From the NCBI GenBank assembly GCA_965248445.1, contig CBDFJG010000002.1:1-64000 (forward strand): a stretch of DNA of 64,000 nt, read 5' to 3'. Below are positions 47,642 through 57,678 of this stretch, in pieces (within the stretch, counting starts at the first letter, position 1; the number at the start of each line of letters is the position of its first letter). The notes beneath the pieces were generated by a model. It was not told the DNA's origin. It saw only the letters and a list, made by a program, of their open reading frames with translations, and ran no database searches. Position numbers and translations under genes: made by a program. Origin of the DNA: Planctomycetota bacterium. Lineage in GTDB: Bacteria > Planctomycetota > JAJSAM01 > JAJVHW01.

Positions 47642-48236
47642 GTCCCGCCTGATCCGTCTGATCGACGGCGACCTCACGTCGTCGGAGGAAGCGGTGGCCG
47701 TCGATCACCTCGCCGCGTGCGACGAGTGCCGGGCGCTGCTCGGACGAAGCGAGGCGGCACTGCGGTACGCGCTGGGCGGGATCGCCGACGCAGAGCGCGC
47801 ACCTGCATCTGCAGCCGCGGCCCCGGCACCGCGCCGTCCTGCGCGCTTCCGCGTCGCGGCGCTCGCGGCCGCGATGCTGGCGTCCGCGACCGTCGCGGGC
47901 GTGACCTGGAAGACCGTGCAGCACGCACGGCGCCCTGCGCGCGCAGTGCCGACCATCTGCGTGCTCCCAGCAGTGACTCCCGAGATGATGCGGGAGGTCC
48001 GGCTCGACGCGCTGATACAGCAAGCCGAGAGCCTGACCGTGCGCGAGACGTCCCGGCTCTCGGAGGAGCGCGATCTGCTCGCTCTCGGCGCACTGGCAGC
48101 AGCCGAGACGCGCGGCGACGTGCTCGGCGCCGCACCGGAGCGTGCCGGACTGCGCAACGTCGTCGCGATGTACCCGGGCACTTCGGCGGCCCGGGTGGCC
48201 GCGGCGCGGCTCGCAGAGGGCGCGGAACCGCGATGA
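47622..48236 (+). CDS. Zinc-binding (ZAS) membrane anti-sigma factor
   Basis: HLAACDEC plus a TM segment; overlaps the sigma gene. Confidence 0.85.
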   Translation: MTSCPGESRLIRLIDGDLTSSEEAVAVDHLAACDECRALLGRSEAALRYALGGIADAERAPASAAAAPAPRRPARFRVAALAAAMLASATVAGVTWKTVQHARRPARAVPTICVLPAVTPEMMREVRLDALIQQAESLTVRETSRLSEERDLLALGALAAAETRGDVLGAAPERAGLRNVVAMYPGTSAARVAAARLAEGAEPR

Positions 48237-49270
48237 GGGTGCTCCTCGTCGCCGTCCTCGCGAGCGCGCTGGCCGCACCGGCCCTGGCCGCCACCGGCTG
48301 GACGTCCGTGGATCTGGTCTACGCGTCCGACGACCCGGCCAGCGCGGCGAAGATCGACCGCGACATCGGCCACCGCATCGACCGCATCTGGAGGACGATG
48401 GACGCGGGCTCGCGCTGGAGCGTGGCGCAGGCCGGCCCGTTCGGGCTGGTCAAGGACGGCGCCACGATCGAGCACAGCCCGAAGGGCTCCGGCCGCATCC
48501 TCATCGAAGTGAGCGTCACACCGCGCGCGGCGGTGCCGTCCGAGACGGTTTCCTCTGACGCGCTGATGCAGAGACTGGTCGATCTGCTGCGCAGCGATGT
48601 CGAGGGAACGCTCGCGTCACTCCATCAGTCCGCCGTCGCCGAGAGGCGCGCCGAGCTGCGCGAGGCGCAGTCCGCCACGAAGGCCGCCGCGCAGCAGGTC
48701 CACCGGCACGTCGCCCAGTGGGGCGACTTGGAGACGGAGCGGGACGTCGCGACGTCGCGCCTGCGCGAAGCGGCGGCGGATCTTGCGAACACGCGGATCG
48801 AACGCGCGGTGACCTCGCACCGGCTCGACGCGGTGCGCGGCGCCGTCGAACGCGCCGCGAAGGCCGCGGACCTGCGCGAGCAACTCGACGCTCTGGAGAC
48901 GGAGATCGCGAACTCGGACCCCGACCCGGACACGCTTCAGCGTGCAAAGTTGGAGGAGTTGCGCCGGCGTGTTCTCGAAGCAGAGAAACGGTCGCCGCCC
49001 CTCGAGACGGCGCGGCAGCGGGTGTTCGACTTCGAGGTCGAACTGGTCGGCCTGGAGGCGCGAGAGGCGCTCCTCGAGCCGGAGGTCGAGACTCTCCGCG
49101 CACGCACGTCGGAAATCGCCGCTGCGCGCCGAAAGGCGGCCGAGCTGAAGCGTGCAGTCGACTCCGCGCGCGGGCGCGAGGTCGAGCTGGAGTCCGTGGT
49201 TCGCAAGGCGGACAAGGCCTCGCGCGGCACAGGACTCGTGGTCGTCCGTCATTCCACGTCGTCACGATGA
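48233..49270 (+). CDS. Secreted coiled-coil protein
   Basis: Signal peptide MRVLLVAVLASALAAPALA; long heptad-like region; ATGA overlap. Confidence 0.7.
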   Translation: MRVLLVAVLASALAAPALAATGWTSVDLVYASDDPASAAKIDRDIGHRIDRIWRTMDAGSRWSVAQAGPFGLVKDGATIEHSPKGSGRILIEVSVTPRAAVPSETVSSDALMQRLVDLLRSDVEGTLASLHQSAVAERRAELREAQSATKAAAQQVHRHVAQWGDLETERDVATSRLREAAADLANTRIERAVTSHRLDAVRGAVERAAKAADLREQLDALETEIANSDPDPDTLQRAKLEELRRRVLEAEKRSPPLETARQRVFDFEVELVGLEAREALLEPEVETLRARTSEIAAARRKAAELKRAVDSARGREVELESVVRKADKASRGTGLVVVRHSTSSR

Positions 49271-49299
49271 AGGCGGCACGAATCGAAAGGGGAAGAGTG

Positions 49300-50007
49300 A
49301 TGAGAAGAACGGTTCTGGTGCTTTCGGGCGCGCTGGCGCTGACAGCGTGCGCATCGACCTCCTATGGGCCGGAAGCAGATTCCGGGATGGCGGCGCGCAG
49401 CGTGGCGGAGGTGCACGGCGACGTGCCCCGCCTGAACTTCGCCAAGCAGAACCAGCTCACGCTTCCGGCGAAGGTGGCGGTCGCAGACGTTCGGGACGGC
49501 ACGCCGGCCGGCCCCGGACCGCGTGTGGCGCAGCTCGTCGCCGTACTCTCCGAAGATGGCGAGACGTACACGGACGTCGTGTCGCTCGCGAGCGCGCTCT
49601 CCGGCAGCACGCCCACCGGCAATCAGCTCGTGGAGAGCCTGCGCGAGCACGCCAGCCGGCACCACGCAGATCTCCTCGTGATCGCCGAGCGCAACGAGCG
49701 CGTCATCGAAGAGACGAACGCGCTCGCATTCCTGAACATCCTGCTCCTGCCGATGCTCTTCGTGCCGACGCAGAGCGACGACCTCGACGTCTCTTTGCAC
49801 GCGACCGTCTACGACGTCCGCAATGGTCTCGCGTACACGACGCTCGACAGTCACAAGAGCGCTCACGTCAGCGCGAGTTCTCTCGCCGAGGACGGTGCCG
49901 TGCGCAACGCGCTGAGCGAGTTGTATGCGCAGTGCACCGAGGACCTCGCGAAGCAGCTGGGCCCCAAGCTCCGCGGCGTCGAGAAGCAGAGCGTCCTCGC
50001 GCGCTGA
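49300..50007 (+). CDS. Hypothetical lipoprotein
   Basis: LTAC lipobox. Confidence 0.7.
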   Translation: MRRTVLVLSGALALTACASTSYGPEADSGMAARSVAEVHGDVPRLNFAKQNQLTLPAKVAVADVRDGTPAGPGPRVAQLVAVLSEDGETYTDVVSLASALSGSTPTGNQLVESLREHASRHHADLLVIAERNERVIEETNALAFLNILLLPMLFVPTQSDDLDVSLHATVYDVRNGLAYTTLDSHKSAHVSASSLAEDGAVRNALSELYAQCTEDLAKQLGPKLRGVEKQSVLAR

Positions 50008-50036
50008 CCCGCCGCACGTGACAATCCCGGGCGCTC

Positions 50037-51101
50037 ATGCCGGGTGAGAACGTCGTGCTGATCGTGTTCGCCGTGCTGCCCGTCGCGATTGCGGCGGTTC
50101 TGTGGTGGTTCTTCCGAAGGCTGCGCCGTCGCAACGACGGGGCGCGGCCGACCCGGTCCCAGCTCGTGACCGGCAACGCGCTGGTCCTCGTCTTCCTGCT
50201 GACACTCGGTGTGCTCGCCGGTGAGTGCTACTTCCGGTTCATCTTCGACAGCACCGACACGTTCGGACTGTTGCGCACGTCCGACCGCTGGTTCGAGCGC
50301 CACTACCACAGGAACGCTGACGGCTTCCGCGACGACGTCGAGTACCAGCTCGGCGCCGTGCCGGCCGGCCGGCGCCGTGTGACCTTCGTCGGCGACTCGT
50401 TCACCGCGGGTCACGGCGTGCGCGACGTGGCGGACCGGTTCGCTAACCGGGTCCGGGCAGCACAGCCGGACTGGGAGGTCCACGTGTTCGCGCGCAACGG
50501 CTGGGACACGGGGGCGCAGGCCGACTTCCTCGCCGATCGGCTCCCGTCGTACACGCGGGGGCAGTACGAAACCGATCTCGTGGTGCTCGTCTATTGCCTG
50601 AACGACATCGTGGATGTGCTGCCGGAGGTCGGGGAGATCGGCCGGCGCCTCGAGGCGGCGCGGGACAAGGGCTCGCTCGCGCGATCGAGCTACCTCTTCG
50701 ACACGCTGCGGTTCCTGTGGATCCGCCACACCAACGACGACATCGGCGACTACTTCCCGCGGCTCTCCGCCGCATACGAGGGCGAGGCCTGGCGGGCACA
50801 GCAGAAACGCCTCGGCCGGATACGGGGCGCCGTCACGTCGCAGCGGGGCCGGCTGGCCGTGGCCACGTTCCCGATGATGCACCGACTGGGCGACGACTAC
50901 CCGTTCCTCGCGGCTCACGAAACGCTCGACGCGTTCTGGACGGGGCTCGACGTGCCGCACCTCGACCTGCGCGAGTCGTTCGCGGGCCGTCCGGCGTCCG
51001 ACCTGATCGTGGGCACCTTCGACGCACACCCAAACGAGGAGGCGCACGCGCTGGCCGCCGACGCCCTCGTGCCGTTCGTGGAGCGAGCGCTGGCTAGATG
51101 A
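50037..51101 (+). CDS. Membrane-anchored SGNH/GDSL hydrolase
   Basis: GDSFTAG, CLND, DAHPN; two N-terminal TM segments. Confidence 0.88.
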   Translation: MPGENVVLIVFAVLPVAIAAVLWWFFRRLRRRNDGARPTRSQLVTGNALVLVFLLTLGVLAGECYFRFIFDSTDTFGLLRTSDRWFERHYHRNADGFRDDVEYQLGAVPAGRRRVTFVGDSFTAGHGVRDVADRFANRVRAAQPDWEVHVFARNGWDTGAQADFLADRLPSYTRGQYETDLVVLVYCLNDIVDVLPEVGEIGRRLEAARDKGSLARSSYLFDTLRFLWIRHTNDDIGDYFPRLSAAYEGEAWRAQQKRLGRIRGAVTSQRGRLAVATFPMMHRLGDDYPFLAAHETLDAFWTGLDVPHLDLRESFAGRPASDLIVGTFDAHPNEEAHALAADALVPFVERALAR

Positions 51102-51113
51102 ACCCGCCCCCTG

Positions 51114-51211
51114 ACCGGGTCTAACTAGTCAACTTACGAGGCTGACTCCGAATCTGGATGTCGCGGAGCCTCGGCAGAGTTGAGGCTGAAAGTGAAGTAG
51201 TTGGACCCGGT
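51114..51211. repeat. 98-bp element with imperfect 22-bp terminal inverted repeats
   Basis: ACCGGGTCTAACTAGTCAACTT / AAGTGAAGTAGTTGGACCCGGT (18/22 match) with an inner hairpin. Confidence 0.6.
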
Positions 51212-51223
51212 GTTGGGGAGGGG

Positions 51224-52414
51224 CTAGATGACGCTGTGCTTCCGGCCCACGCGGGTGAACGCCGCGAGGGCGTCCTCGATCTGCTGCATCGAATGGGCAG
51301 CGCTGATCTGCACGCGAATGCGCGCCTGCCCCTTCGGCACCACCGGGTAGCTGAACCCGATGACGTAGATCCGCTCGCCGAGCAGGTCGTCCGCGATGTC
51401 GGTGGCGAGCCGCGCGTCACCGAGCATCACGGGCACGATCGGGTGCTCGCCGGGCCGGATGTCGAACCCGGCGGCCGTCATGCCCTCCCGGAAACGCGCC
51501 GTGTTCGCCTGGAGCTTCGCGATCAGGTCGCTTCCTCCGGCCAGGATGTCCAGACACGTGATCGACGCCCCGACGATGGCCGGCGCGAGTGTGTTCGAGA
51601 ACAGGTACGGACGGCTGCGTTGGCGCAGGAGGTCCACGATCTCCTTGGGCGCCGCAGTGAAGCCGCCGCTCGCACCGCCCAGAGCCTTGCCGAGCGTGCT
51701 GGTGACGATGTCCACCCGCCCCATCACGCCGCAGTGCTCGATCGAGCCGCGGCCGGTCTTCCCGAAGAAGCCGGTCGCGTGGCAGTCGTCGACGTGGACC
51801 ATCGCGTCGTACTTCTCCGCGAGTTCGCAGATCTCGCGAAGCGGAGCGACGTCGCCGTCCATCGAGAAGACGCCGTCCGTCGCGATCAGCCGCATGCGCT
51901 TGTCCTGCGTCGCCTGGAGCTTCGCCTCGAGGTCGGCCATGTCCGTGTGCAAGAATCGGTGGCGCTCGGCCTTGCAGAGCCGGATGCCGTCGATGATCGA
52001 CGCATGGTTCAACTGGTCGCTGATGATCGCGTCTTCGGGACCGAGCAGCGTCTCGAACAGCCCTGCATTCGCATCGAACGCGGCCGCGTACAGGATCGAA
52101 TCGCCGGTGCCGAGGTACTCCGCGATCTTTCGTTCGAGGTCCTTGTGCGCGGTCTGCGTGCCACAGATGAAGCGCACGGACGAGAGGCCGTTGCCCCAGC
52201 GGTCGAGCGCTTCCTTCGCGCCCTGGATGAGGCGCGGGTCGTCGGCGAGGCCCAGATAGTTGTTCGCGCAGAAGTTCACGACGGGGCCCGGGCCTCCCGC
52301 CACTTTGATCTCGGCGCTCTGCTTCGTCGTGATCTCGCGCTCGCTCTTCCAGAGTCCCGCCTCGCGGATCTCGTCGAGCACTCCCTGCACGTGTCCCTTC
52401 GCCGTACCGAACAT
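51224..52414 (-). CDS. kbl: Glycine C-acetyltransferase
   Basis: [40 protein letters not shown]. Confidence 0.97.
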   Translation of the reverse strand: MFGTAKGHVQGVLDEIREAGLWKSEREITTKQSAEIKVAGGPGPVVNFCANNYLGLADDPRLIQGAKEALDRWGNGLSSVRFICGTQTAHKDLERKIAEYLGTGDSILYAAAFDANAGLFETLLGPEDAIISDQLNHASIIDGIRLCKAERHRFLHTDMADLEAKLQATQDKRMRLIATDGVFSMDGDVAPLREICELAEKYDAMVHVDDCHATGFFGKTGRGSIEHCGVMGRVDIVTSTLGKALGGASGGFTAAPKEIVDLLRQRSRPYLFSNTLAPAIVGASITCLDILAGGSDLIAKLQANTARFREGMTAAGFDIRPGEHPIVPVMLGDARLATDIADDLLGERIYVIGFSYPVVPKGQARIRVQISAAHSMQQIEDALAAFTRVGRKHSVI

Positions 52415-52511
52415 CGCTCCGCCTCCTCTGGTCAGCCGCACACGGTACCAAGCACGGCTTCCACAGCAGGGACGTGTTCCTCAGTGAGGACGGGGGTGGC
52501 AGACTCTCCGC

Positions 52512-54110
52512 ATGAGCAGACGGCGCGCAGTGCAGGTCTTCGGCGTCCTCCTGGCGCTGCTGCTGCTCGCGCTCGGTCTCTGGGTGCTCTTCTTCCGGGC
52601 GAGCGAGCACGGCTCCCGGCCGAGCGCCGCCTCCACGACTCCGACGGACTCTGCGCCTGAAGTGGGGCCGGGTGTCGAAGCGGAGTCCGATGCACCTCCG
52701 GGCGCGCCTGACCAGCGCGAACGAACTCGCGTGCGGCCGGCGGACACGCAGTCCGCCGGCGACTTGCCACGGCTCGAGGTGCTCGTGACGGACAACGGCG
52801 CGCCGGTCGCCGGCGCGAGAGTTCTGGTCATGCCCGAACTGGCGATCCGCACGCGCAAGGGCGGCGATCTGCAGAAGCCTGCCGCTTGGCTCGCCGAGGG
52901 GAGAACGGGCGCTGACGGCACCGCAACGCTCCCATTCGTGTGGTACTGGGCGATCCGCGTCGTTGCAGTCAGCGGCACCCGCGCCGGCGTGTCGGGACGC
53001 GTGCAACCCGCGAAGACGGGAACCTCGAAGACCGAGACGAGACTCGCCGAGGGTGTGCGCGCCCGCGGCGTCGTTGTCGCGGCTACGGACCGGCCCGTCA
53101 GTGGCGCCGAGGTGTCGATCTCACACGTCGGTCCGTGGGTCGGCATGGGGAACCGTTACGGGAACGGCTTCACCGCGATCACGGACGAACAGGGGAGATT
53201 CGATCTCGGCACGCTGCCGATCCCCACCGGCCAGGACGGCTTCGTCATGCGCGTGCGCGGCGACGGATTCGCTGACCTCGACGGCGAGCTCACCGTCGGC
53301 GATCTGCGCAAGGACCCGGTGATCATTCGCGTGAGCGGTCTGGTCAGCGTGCGCGGCGTGGTGCGCAGGCGGGACGGCGGTCCGGCCGTTTCCGCACGCG
53401 TGCGGCTGCTCGGACGGGAGACACACACGGACGACGGAGGCGCGTTCGCCTTCGACAACGTGCAGGCCGTCGGCGGCACGCTGCACATCCTCGGCCGCTT
53501 CGCACGTGCCAGTCACACCACCGTCGGGCCGTTCACCGAGAAGGACAACGACCTCGGCGAACTCTGGCTCGACGTGTCCGGCGTCATCGCGGGAACACTG
53601 CGACACGAGAACGGCGATCCGGCACCGGGCGTCCGGGTCGGCGCCGGTTTGAACGCCGGGGACTGGCGATGGACGAAGACCGACGTGCTGGGCCGCTTCG
53701 AGATCTTCGACGTCGCGGCCGGAGAGCACAGGATCGATGTCAAGGCTCCCGCGAGGACGATCTGCGTCCGCGAGGACGCCACCCTGACGGCGACGCCCGG
53801 TGATCCCGCACTGGAGCTGATCCTCTACGCGATAAAGCGCCCGAGCGGCGTGAGCGTGCGCATTGTGCTCGACCCGCCGCAGCGCGAGGACGTCGCCGTG
53901 ACGTTCAGGTTCGGGCCAGTGAGGAGCATCTCGATGGCCGGCTTCGTGCACATGATGACGGCCGTGAAGGAGTACCACTTCGGCGCCGACGGCGCCGGGG
54001 AGTACACGGTGTCCGCCCACGCGAAGGGATGGACCGGAGCGACCGAGACCGTGGACGTCCCCGCCGAAGGGTTCGTGGACGTCGACCTCGTCCTCACGCC
54101 TGAGGACTGA
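52512..54110 (+). CDS. Membrane-anchored carboxypeptidase-regulatory-like (prealbumin-fold) repeat protein
   Basis: N-terminal TM; repeated G.PV.GA.V...TD..GRF. Confidence 0.75.
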   Translation: MSRRRAVQVFGVLLALLLLALGLWVLFFRASEHGSRPSAASTTPTDSAPEVGPGVEAESDAPPGAPDQRERTRVRPADTQSAGDLPRLEVLVTDNGAPVAGARVLVMPELAIRTRKGGDLQKPAAWLAEGRTGADGTATLPFVWYWAIRVVAVSGTRAGVSGRVQPAKTGTSKTETRLAEGVRARGVVVAATDRPVSGAEVSISHVGPWVGMGNRYGNGFTAITDEQGRFDLGTLPIPTGQDGFVMRVRGDGFADLDGELTVGDLRKDPVIIRVSGLVSVRGVVRRRDGGPAVSARVRLLGRETHTDDGGAFAFDNVQAVGGTLHILGRFARASHTTVGPFTEKDNDLGELWLDVSGVIAGTLRHENGDPAPGVRVGAGLNAGDWRWTKTDVLGRFEIFDVAAGEHRIDVKAPARTICVREDATLTATPGDPALELILYAIKRPSGVSVRIVLDPPQREDVAVTFRFGPVRSISMAGFVHMMTAVKEYHFGADGAGEYTVSAHAKGWTGATETVDVPAEGFVDVDLVLTPED

Positions 54111-54120
54111 TCGCGTTACG

Positions 54121-54969
54121 GTGCGCGCCGACGTGTCCGACACCGAACGCCGGCTGAAGTACCGCCGCTTCAATCTGCGGCTCGTCAACTCGTGCACGGA
54201 CGCCGAAGCGTGCGCGCTCGTGGACCTCGCTCTGGGCGCGTCGGGCGACCGTGTCGGCGAGATCCGCAGGCGGCCGGGGACGGCCCGGCCTGCAGACGGC
54301 GAGCGGCCGCCGCGGGTGTACGTGAAGGCGGAGTTTCGCCGCCCGACGCAGCCGCTCGGGCGGCGCATACGTCGCGCACGGGCGTTCGCAGAGGGCGAGG
54401 GCTATCGCGCGTTCGCAGCCGCGGGACTCGCCGTGCCGGAGCTGCTCATGTTCGGCGAGCAGCCGCGCTGGCTCATGAGGGGTGGCGCCATCGTCGCAAC
54501 GGTCAAACTCCCGGGCCAGAACGCGGCGCATACGTACATCGAGACGCAGGACGACGAGATCATCCTCGACGTCGCACGGATGCTGGCCGCGATCCACCGG
54601 CGCGACCTCGTCCACGGCGACGCCGTGATCCGGAACTTCGTGCGTGTGGACCGCCGCATCTACGTCATGGACTTTCCGAGCTGGGGCGACTTCTCCCGCA
54701 AGGGCGCAGAGATCGACTTGGCAAGACTCATCGGCTCGGCACGTGTCCGCGGCCTCGGCGACAACGGCGCCCTGGCCGTGCTCGACACGTACGTGACCAC
54801 GTGGCCGGACGCCGTCCGCGCACATATCGTCGGGTTCCAGGGCCGCGTGCTCTCAGAGGCAACAAGGTACGCCGACTACATAGTGGAGCGCGACCGCACA
54901 CGCACCGCACGGCACGCGCGGTTGCGCGCAAGGCTCAAGCCGTCCGAGCGCAAGGGAGACGCGCGCTAG
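54121..54969 (+). CDS. Kdo/WaaP/InaA-like kinase
   Basis: VYVK, GLAVPE, HGDAVIRNF, YVMDF. Confidence 0.7.
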   Translation: MRADVSDTERRLKYRRFNLRLVNSCTDAEACALVDLALGASGDRVGEIRRRPGTARPADGERPPRVYVKAEFRRPTQPLGRRIRRARAFAEGEGYRAFAAAGLAVPELLMFGEQPRWLMRGGAIVATVKLPGQNAAHTYIETQDDEIILDVARMLAAIHRRDLVHGDAVIRNFVRVDRRIYVMDFPSWGDFSRKGAEIDLARLIGSARVRGLGDNGALAVLDTYVTTWPDAVRAHIVGFQGRVLSEATRYADYIVERDRTRTARHARLRARLKPSERKGDAR

Positions 54970-56057
54970 CCCCTGACCGCGCGAAGGGCCTTCCGCGTCA
55001 TCGACGAGACGCCGAAGTCACGCAGGTCGTGGCTGCGGACCCACGCGGTGCCGCTGCCGTCTTCCGCCACGTGCGCCGCACCGAGCGGCGCCTCGTGCAC
55101 GTGCACCGTGATGCGTCGATTGGTGATGGTGTGCCGGAAGCTGCCGCTGGGCTCCGCGGACACGTCCACCGCACGGCCGACCGCTGTGGCGATGCGGTCC
55201 CGGAGCGACGCGACGTCGCCGTCCTCGGACGTCGTCGGGAGTTCCCACATCCCGGAGAGCAGCGTTCCATCCGGACGCTGCACGAGCAGGAATCGATCAC
55301 CATGCGTCACGAACGCCATGTGCAGAGTGACCTCGCGCGTGGGCGCCTTCGATTTGCGTCGCGGAAGCTCGGCCGTCATTCCGGCACGGTGCGCCATGCA
55401 ACTGCGCCGCCATGGGCACTCGTTGCAGCGCGGTTCGCGCGGCGTGCAGACGAGCGCACCGAGCTCCATCACCGCCTGGTTCCAGTCGGCCGCTCGCAGA
55501 CCCTCCGGCGGCTCCATCGCGGCGGGATCTTCGCCCACGAGCGCCGTCACCAACCGGCGAGACGCCTCGGCGAGAGTGCGCTTCCGTGCGGCCGACGGCT
55601 CGCGGTCGTCAAGCAGCAGGCGACACAGCACGCGCTCCACGTTGCCGTCGACGACGGGCACCGCTGCGTCGTACGCGATGGATGCCACGGCTGCGGCGGT
55701 GTACGGACCGACTCCCGGGAGCGTCTTCAGCGCGTCCGGGTCCGCGGGAACGACGCCGTCGTGTAGCGCAACGATCTGTTGCGCCGAGGCGTGGAGCGCA
55801 CGGGCGCGGCGGTAGTACCCGAGGCCCGACCACGCCGCGAGCACGTCATCGACATCTGCCGCTGCCAGGTCCGCGACGGACGGCCACCGGACGATCCACC
55901 GCTCGAAGTACGGCAGCGCAACGTCCACCCGTGTCTGTTGCAACATCATCTCGCTCACGAGCACGTGGTACGGGTCGCGCGTCGTCCGCCACGGAAGCTC
56001 TCGCTTGTTCCGGTCGTACCAGCGCAGCAGGCGGGTTCGTAGGGACAGGACGCGCAC
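54966..56057 (-). CDS. mutY: A/G-specific adenine glycosylase (start uncertain)
   Basis: SEMMLQQT, WSGLGYYRRA, LPGVGPYTA, VDGNV, C-x6-C-x2-C-x5-C, NUDIX-like tail. Confidence 0.95.
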   Translation of the reverse strand: MRVLSLRTRLLRWYDRNKRELPWRTTRDPYHVLVSEMMLQQTRVDVALPYFERWIVRWPSVADLAAADVDDVLAAWSGLGYYRRARALHASAQQIVALHDGVVPADPDALKTLPGVGPYTAAAVASIAYDAAVPVVDGNVERVLCRLLLDDREPSAARKRTLAEASRRLVTALVGEDPAAMEPPEGLRAADWNQAVMELGALVCTPREPRCNECPWRRSCMAHRAGMTAELPRRKSKAPTREVTLHMAFVTHGDRFLLVQRPDGTLLSGMWELPTTSEDGDVASLRDRIATAVGRAVDVSAEPSGSFRHTITNRRITVHVHEAPLGAAHVAEDGSGTAWVRSHDLRDFGVSSMTRKALRAVRG

Positions 56058-56092
56058 CCATGTCCCGACGAGGTCGAGACGGTCGGCGTCAG

Positions 56093-56428
56093 TCAGCCGC
56101 CACCCGCGGTCTGCGATGCCGCCACCAGGTACAGCGTGACGAGTTGCTTGGCCCTCGCGTTCAGCTTCGCGCGTTGCGCCATGTCCTCAACGTAGTCGGG
56201 CCAATCGCTCGGTGACTCGGACGACGGCAGGGGCAGGTCGTGGCAATGGCCGCAACGGGCCTCGAAGTACTGGCGCCCGGCGGTGGCGCCCTCGAAGTCG
56301 CGCGTATCGACCGTGTCGCTCGTGCCGCTGCCGCCGTTGGTGCCGCTGCTGCCGCTGCTGGTCGCGCAGGCGGCGACGAGGCAGAGGACGCCGAGGAGTG
56401 CAAGCGAACGAGCAGTCATGACGGTCAC
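56093..56428 (-). CDS. Monoheme cytochrome c lipoprotein
   Basis: VAAC lipobox, CGHCH, distal Met. Confidence 0.8.
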   Translation of the reverse strand: MTVMTARSLALLGVLCLVAACATSSGSSGTNGGSGTSDTVDTRDFEGATAGRQYFEARCGHCHDLPLPSSESPSDWPDYVEDMAQRAKLNARAKQLVTLYLVAASQTAGGG

Positions 56429-57678
56429 CTCGGGGGCAAGTGCGAGAACAGAGTGCTCTTCTCGCGCTCGTAGAGCACGCGCCCGCTCACGATCGTGACG
56501 TCGGCCATCAACCGGTAGTCGAACGGATCGCCCTGATAGATCACGATGTCTGCGTCCTTGCCGGCCTCGAGCGAACCGATGCGGTCCTCGACGCCGGCCG
56601 CCTCAGCAGCGGTCAGAGTGATCGCTCGCAGTGCAGCGTCGCGACTGGCGCCACCACGGATCGCGAACGCGCCCTCGACGGGATACGTCAACAGGTCGCG
56701 CCCGGCGATGCCGTTGAGCGAGATGCCCGATCCGCCGCCGCCGAACCCGCCGGGCGGAAGGATGCAGAACGACGCACCCGCCTTCTCGAGGGTTGCGACG
56801 GCGTCGATGCGCGAGCCACTCTCGCCTTCCATTCCCGGCCGCGGCCAGCGGCGCTGACGCGGCTGCACGATCGCGATGGCGCCAGCGGCGGCGATCTCCT
56901 CGGGCATGGTCCACGCTTCGGTCGCGTTCGTCAGGACGAGCCGCAAGTCGTACTCGCGCGCCAGTTCGAGAGCGCCCCGGATGTCGCGCTTCGTCGAGGC
57001 GGAGATGCGCACCGGCACCTTGCGCTCGAGCGCCGCGATCAGCGTTCCGCTTCCCGGCTGACGGCCCTTCTTGCCGCCGCGGATCCACTTGCGCGCGCTC
57101 GCTAGTGTCTCGCGCAGAGAAGCGCGGGTCATGCCGGACTGCCCGGCCCAACGCACATCGAGCGCGGCGGGCTCCTTGACGATCATCAGCTCGGGCGCGA
57201 GGTACGCGGGCTTGACCACGGCATTGGTGTCGCTGTACGGACTGCGCGACCGGCCGGAGGCGACGTACGCGGTGATGCCCGCCGACAGCGCCAGTTCGCA
57301 GTACGTGCTGTCTGCCTCCAGGCACTGCGAGAACTTCTCGCCCTTTCGCGGACGCCCGCGCCGAATGCCGAAGTTGTTGCCCTGCGGCGCGACGAATCCG
57401 GGCAGGACCCACTTGCCCGTCGCATCGACGATGTTCGCGCCCTCGGGGATACGCAGATCGACTCCCACTGCCTCGATCTTGCCGTCCCGGCAGAGCACGG
57501 TCCCGCGCCGCAGGACGCGGCCGGTGCCGGTGTGCACCTCGCCGCCGACGATCGCGAGCACGTCCTCGCCGCCGACGGGCCGGCGGGACTCGCGCTCCTG
57601 GGCCGTCAACGAAGACGAGGCCACGGCGGCCGCCGCAAGCGCCGTGAGTGCGAGGAGCAGGTTGCGACGGACGTTCAC
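56425..57678 (-). CDS. Secreted amidohydrolase-fold protein lacking metal ligands
   Basis: PGFVAPQGNN in place of HxH; RIGSLEAGKDAD. Confidence 0.85.
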   Translation of the reverse strand: MNVRRNLLLALTALAAAAVASSSLTAQERESRRPVGGEDVLAIVGGEVHTGTGRVLRRGTVLCRDGKIEAVGVDLRIPEGANIVDATGKWVLPGFVAPQGNNFGIRRGRPRKGEKFSQCLEADSTYCELALSAGITAYVASGRSRSPYSDTNAVVKPAYLAPELMIVKEPAALDVRWAGQSGMTRASLRETLASARKWIRGGKKGRQPGSGTLIAALERKVPVRISASTKRDIRGALELAREYDLRLVLTNATEAWTMPEEIAAAGAIAIVQPRQRRWPRPGMEGESGSRIDAVATLEKAGASFCILPPGGFGGGGSGISLNGIAGRDLLTYPVEGAFAIRGGASRDAALRAITLTAAEAAGVEDRIGSLEAGKDADIVIYQGDPFDYRLMADVTIVSGRVLYEREKSTLFSHLPPR

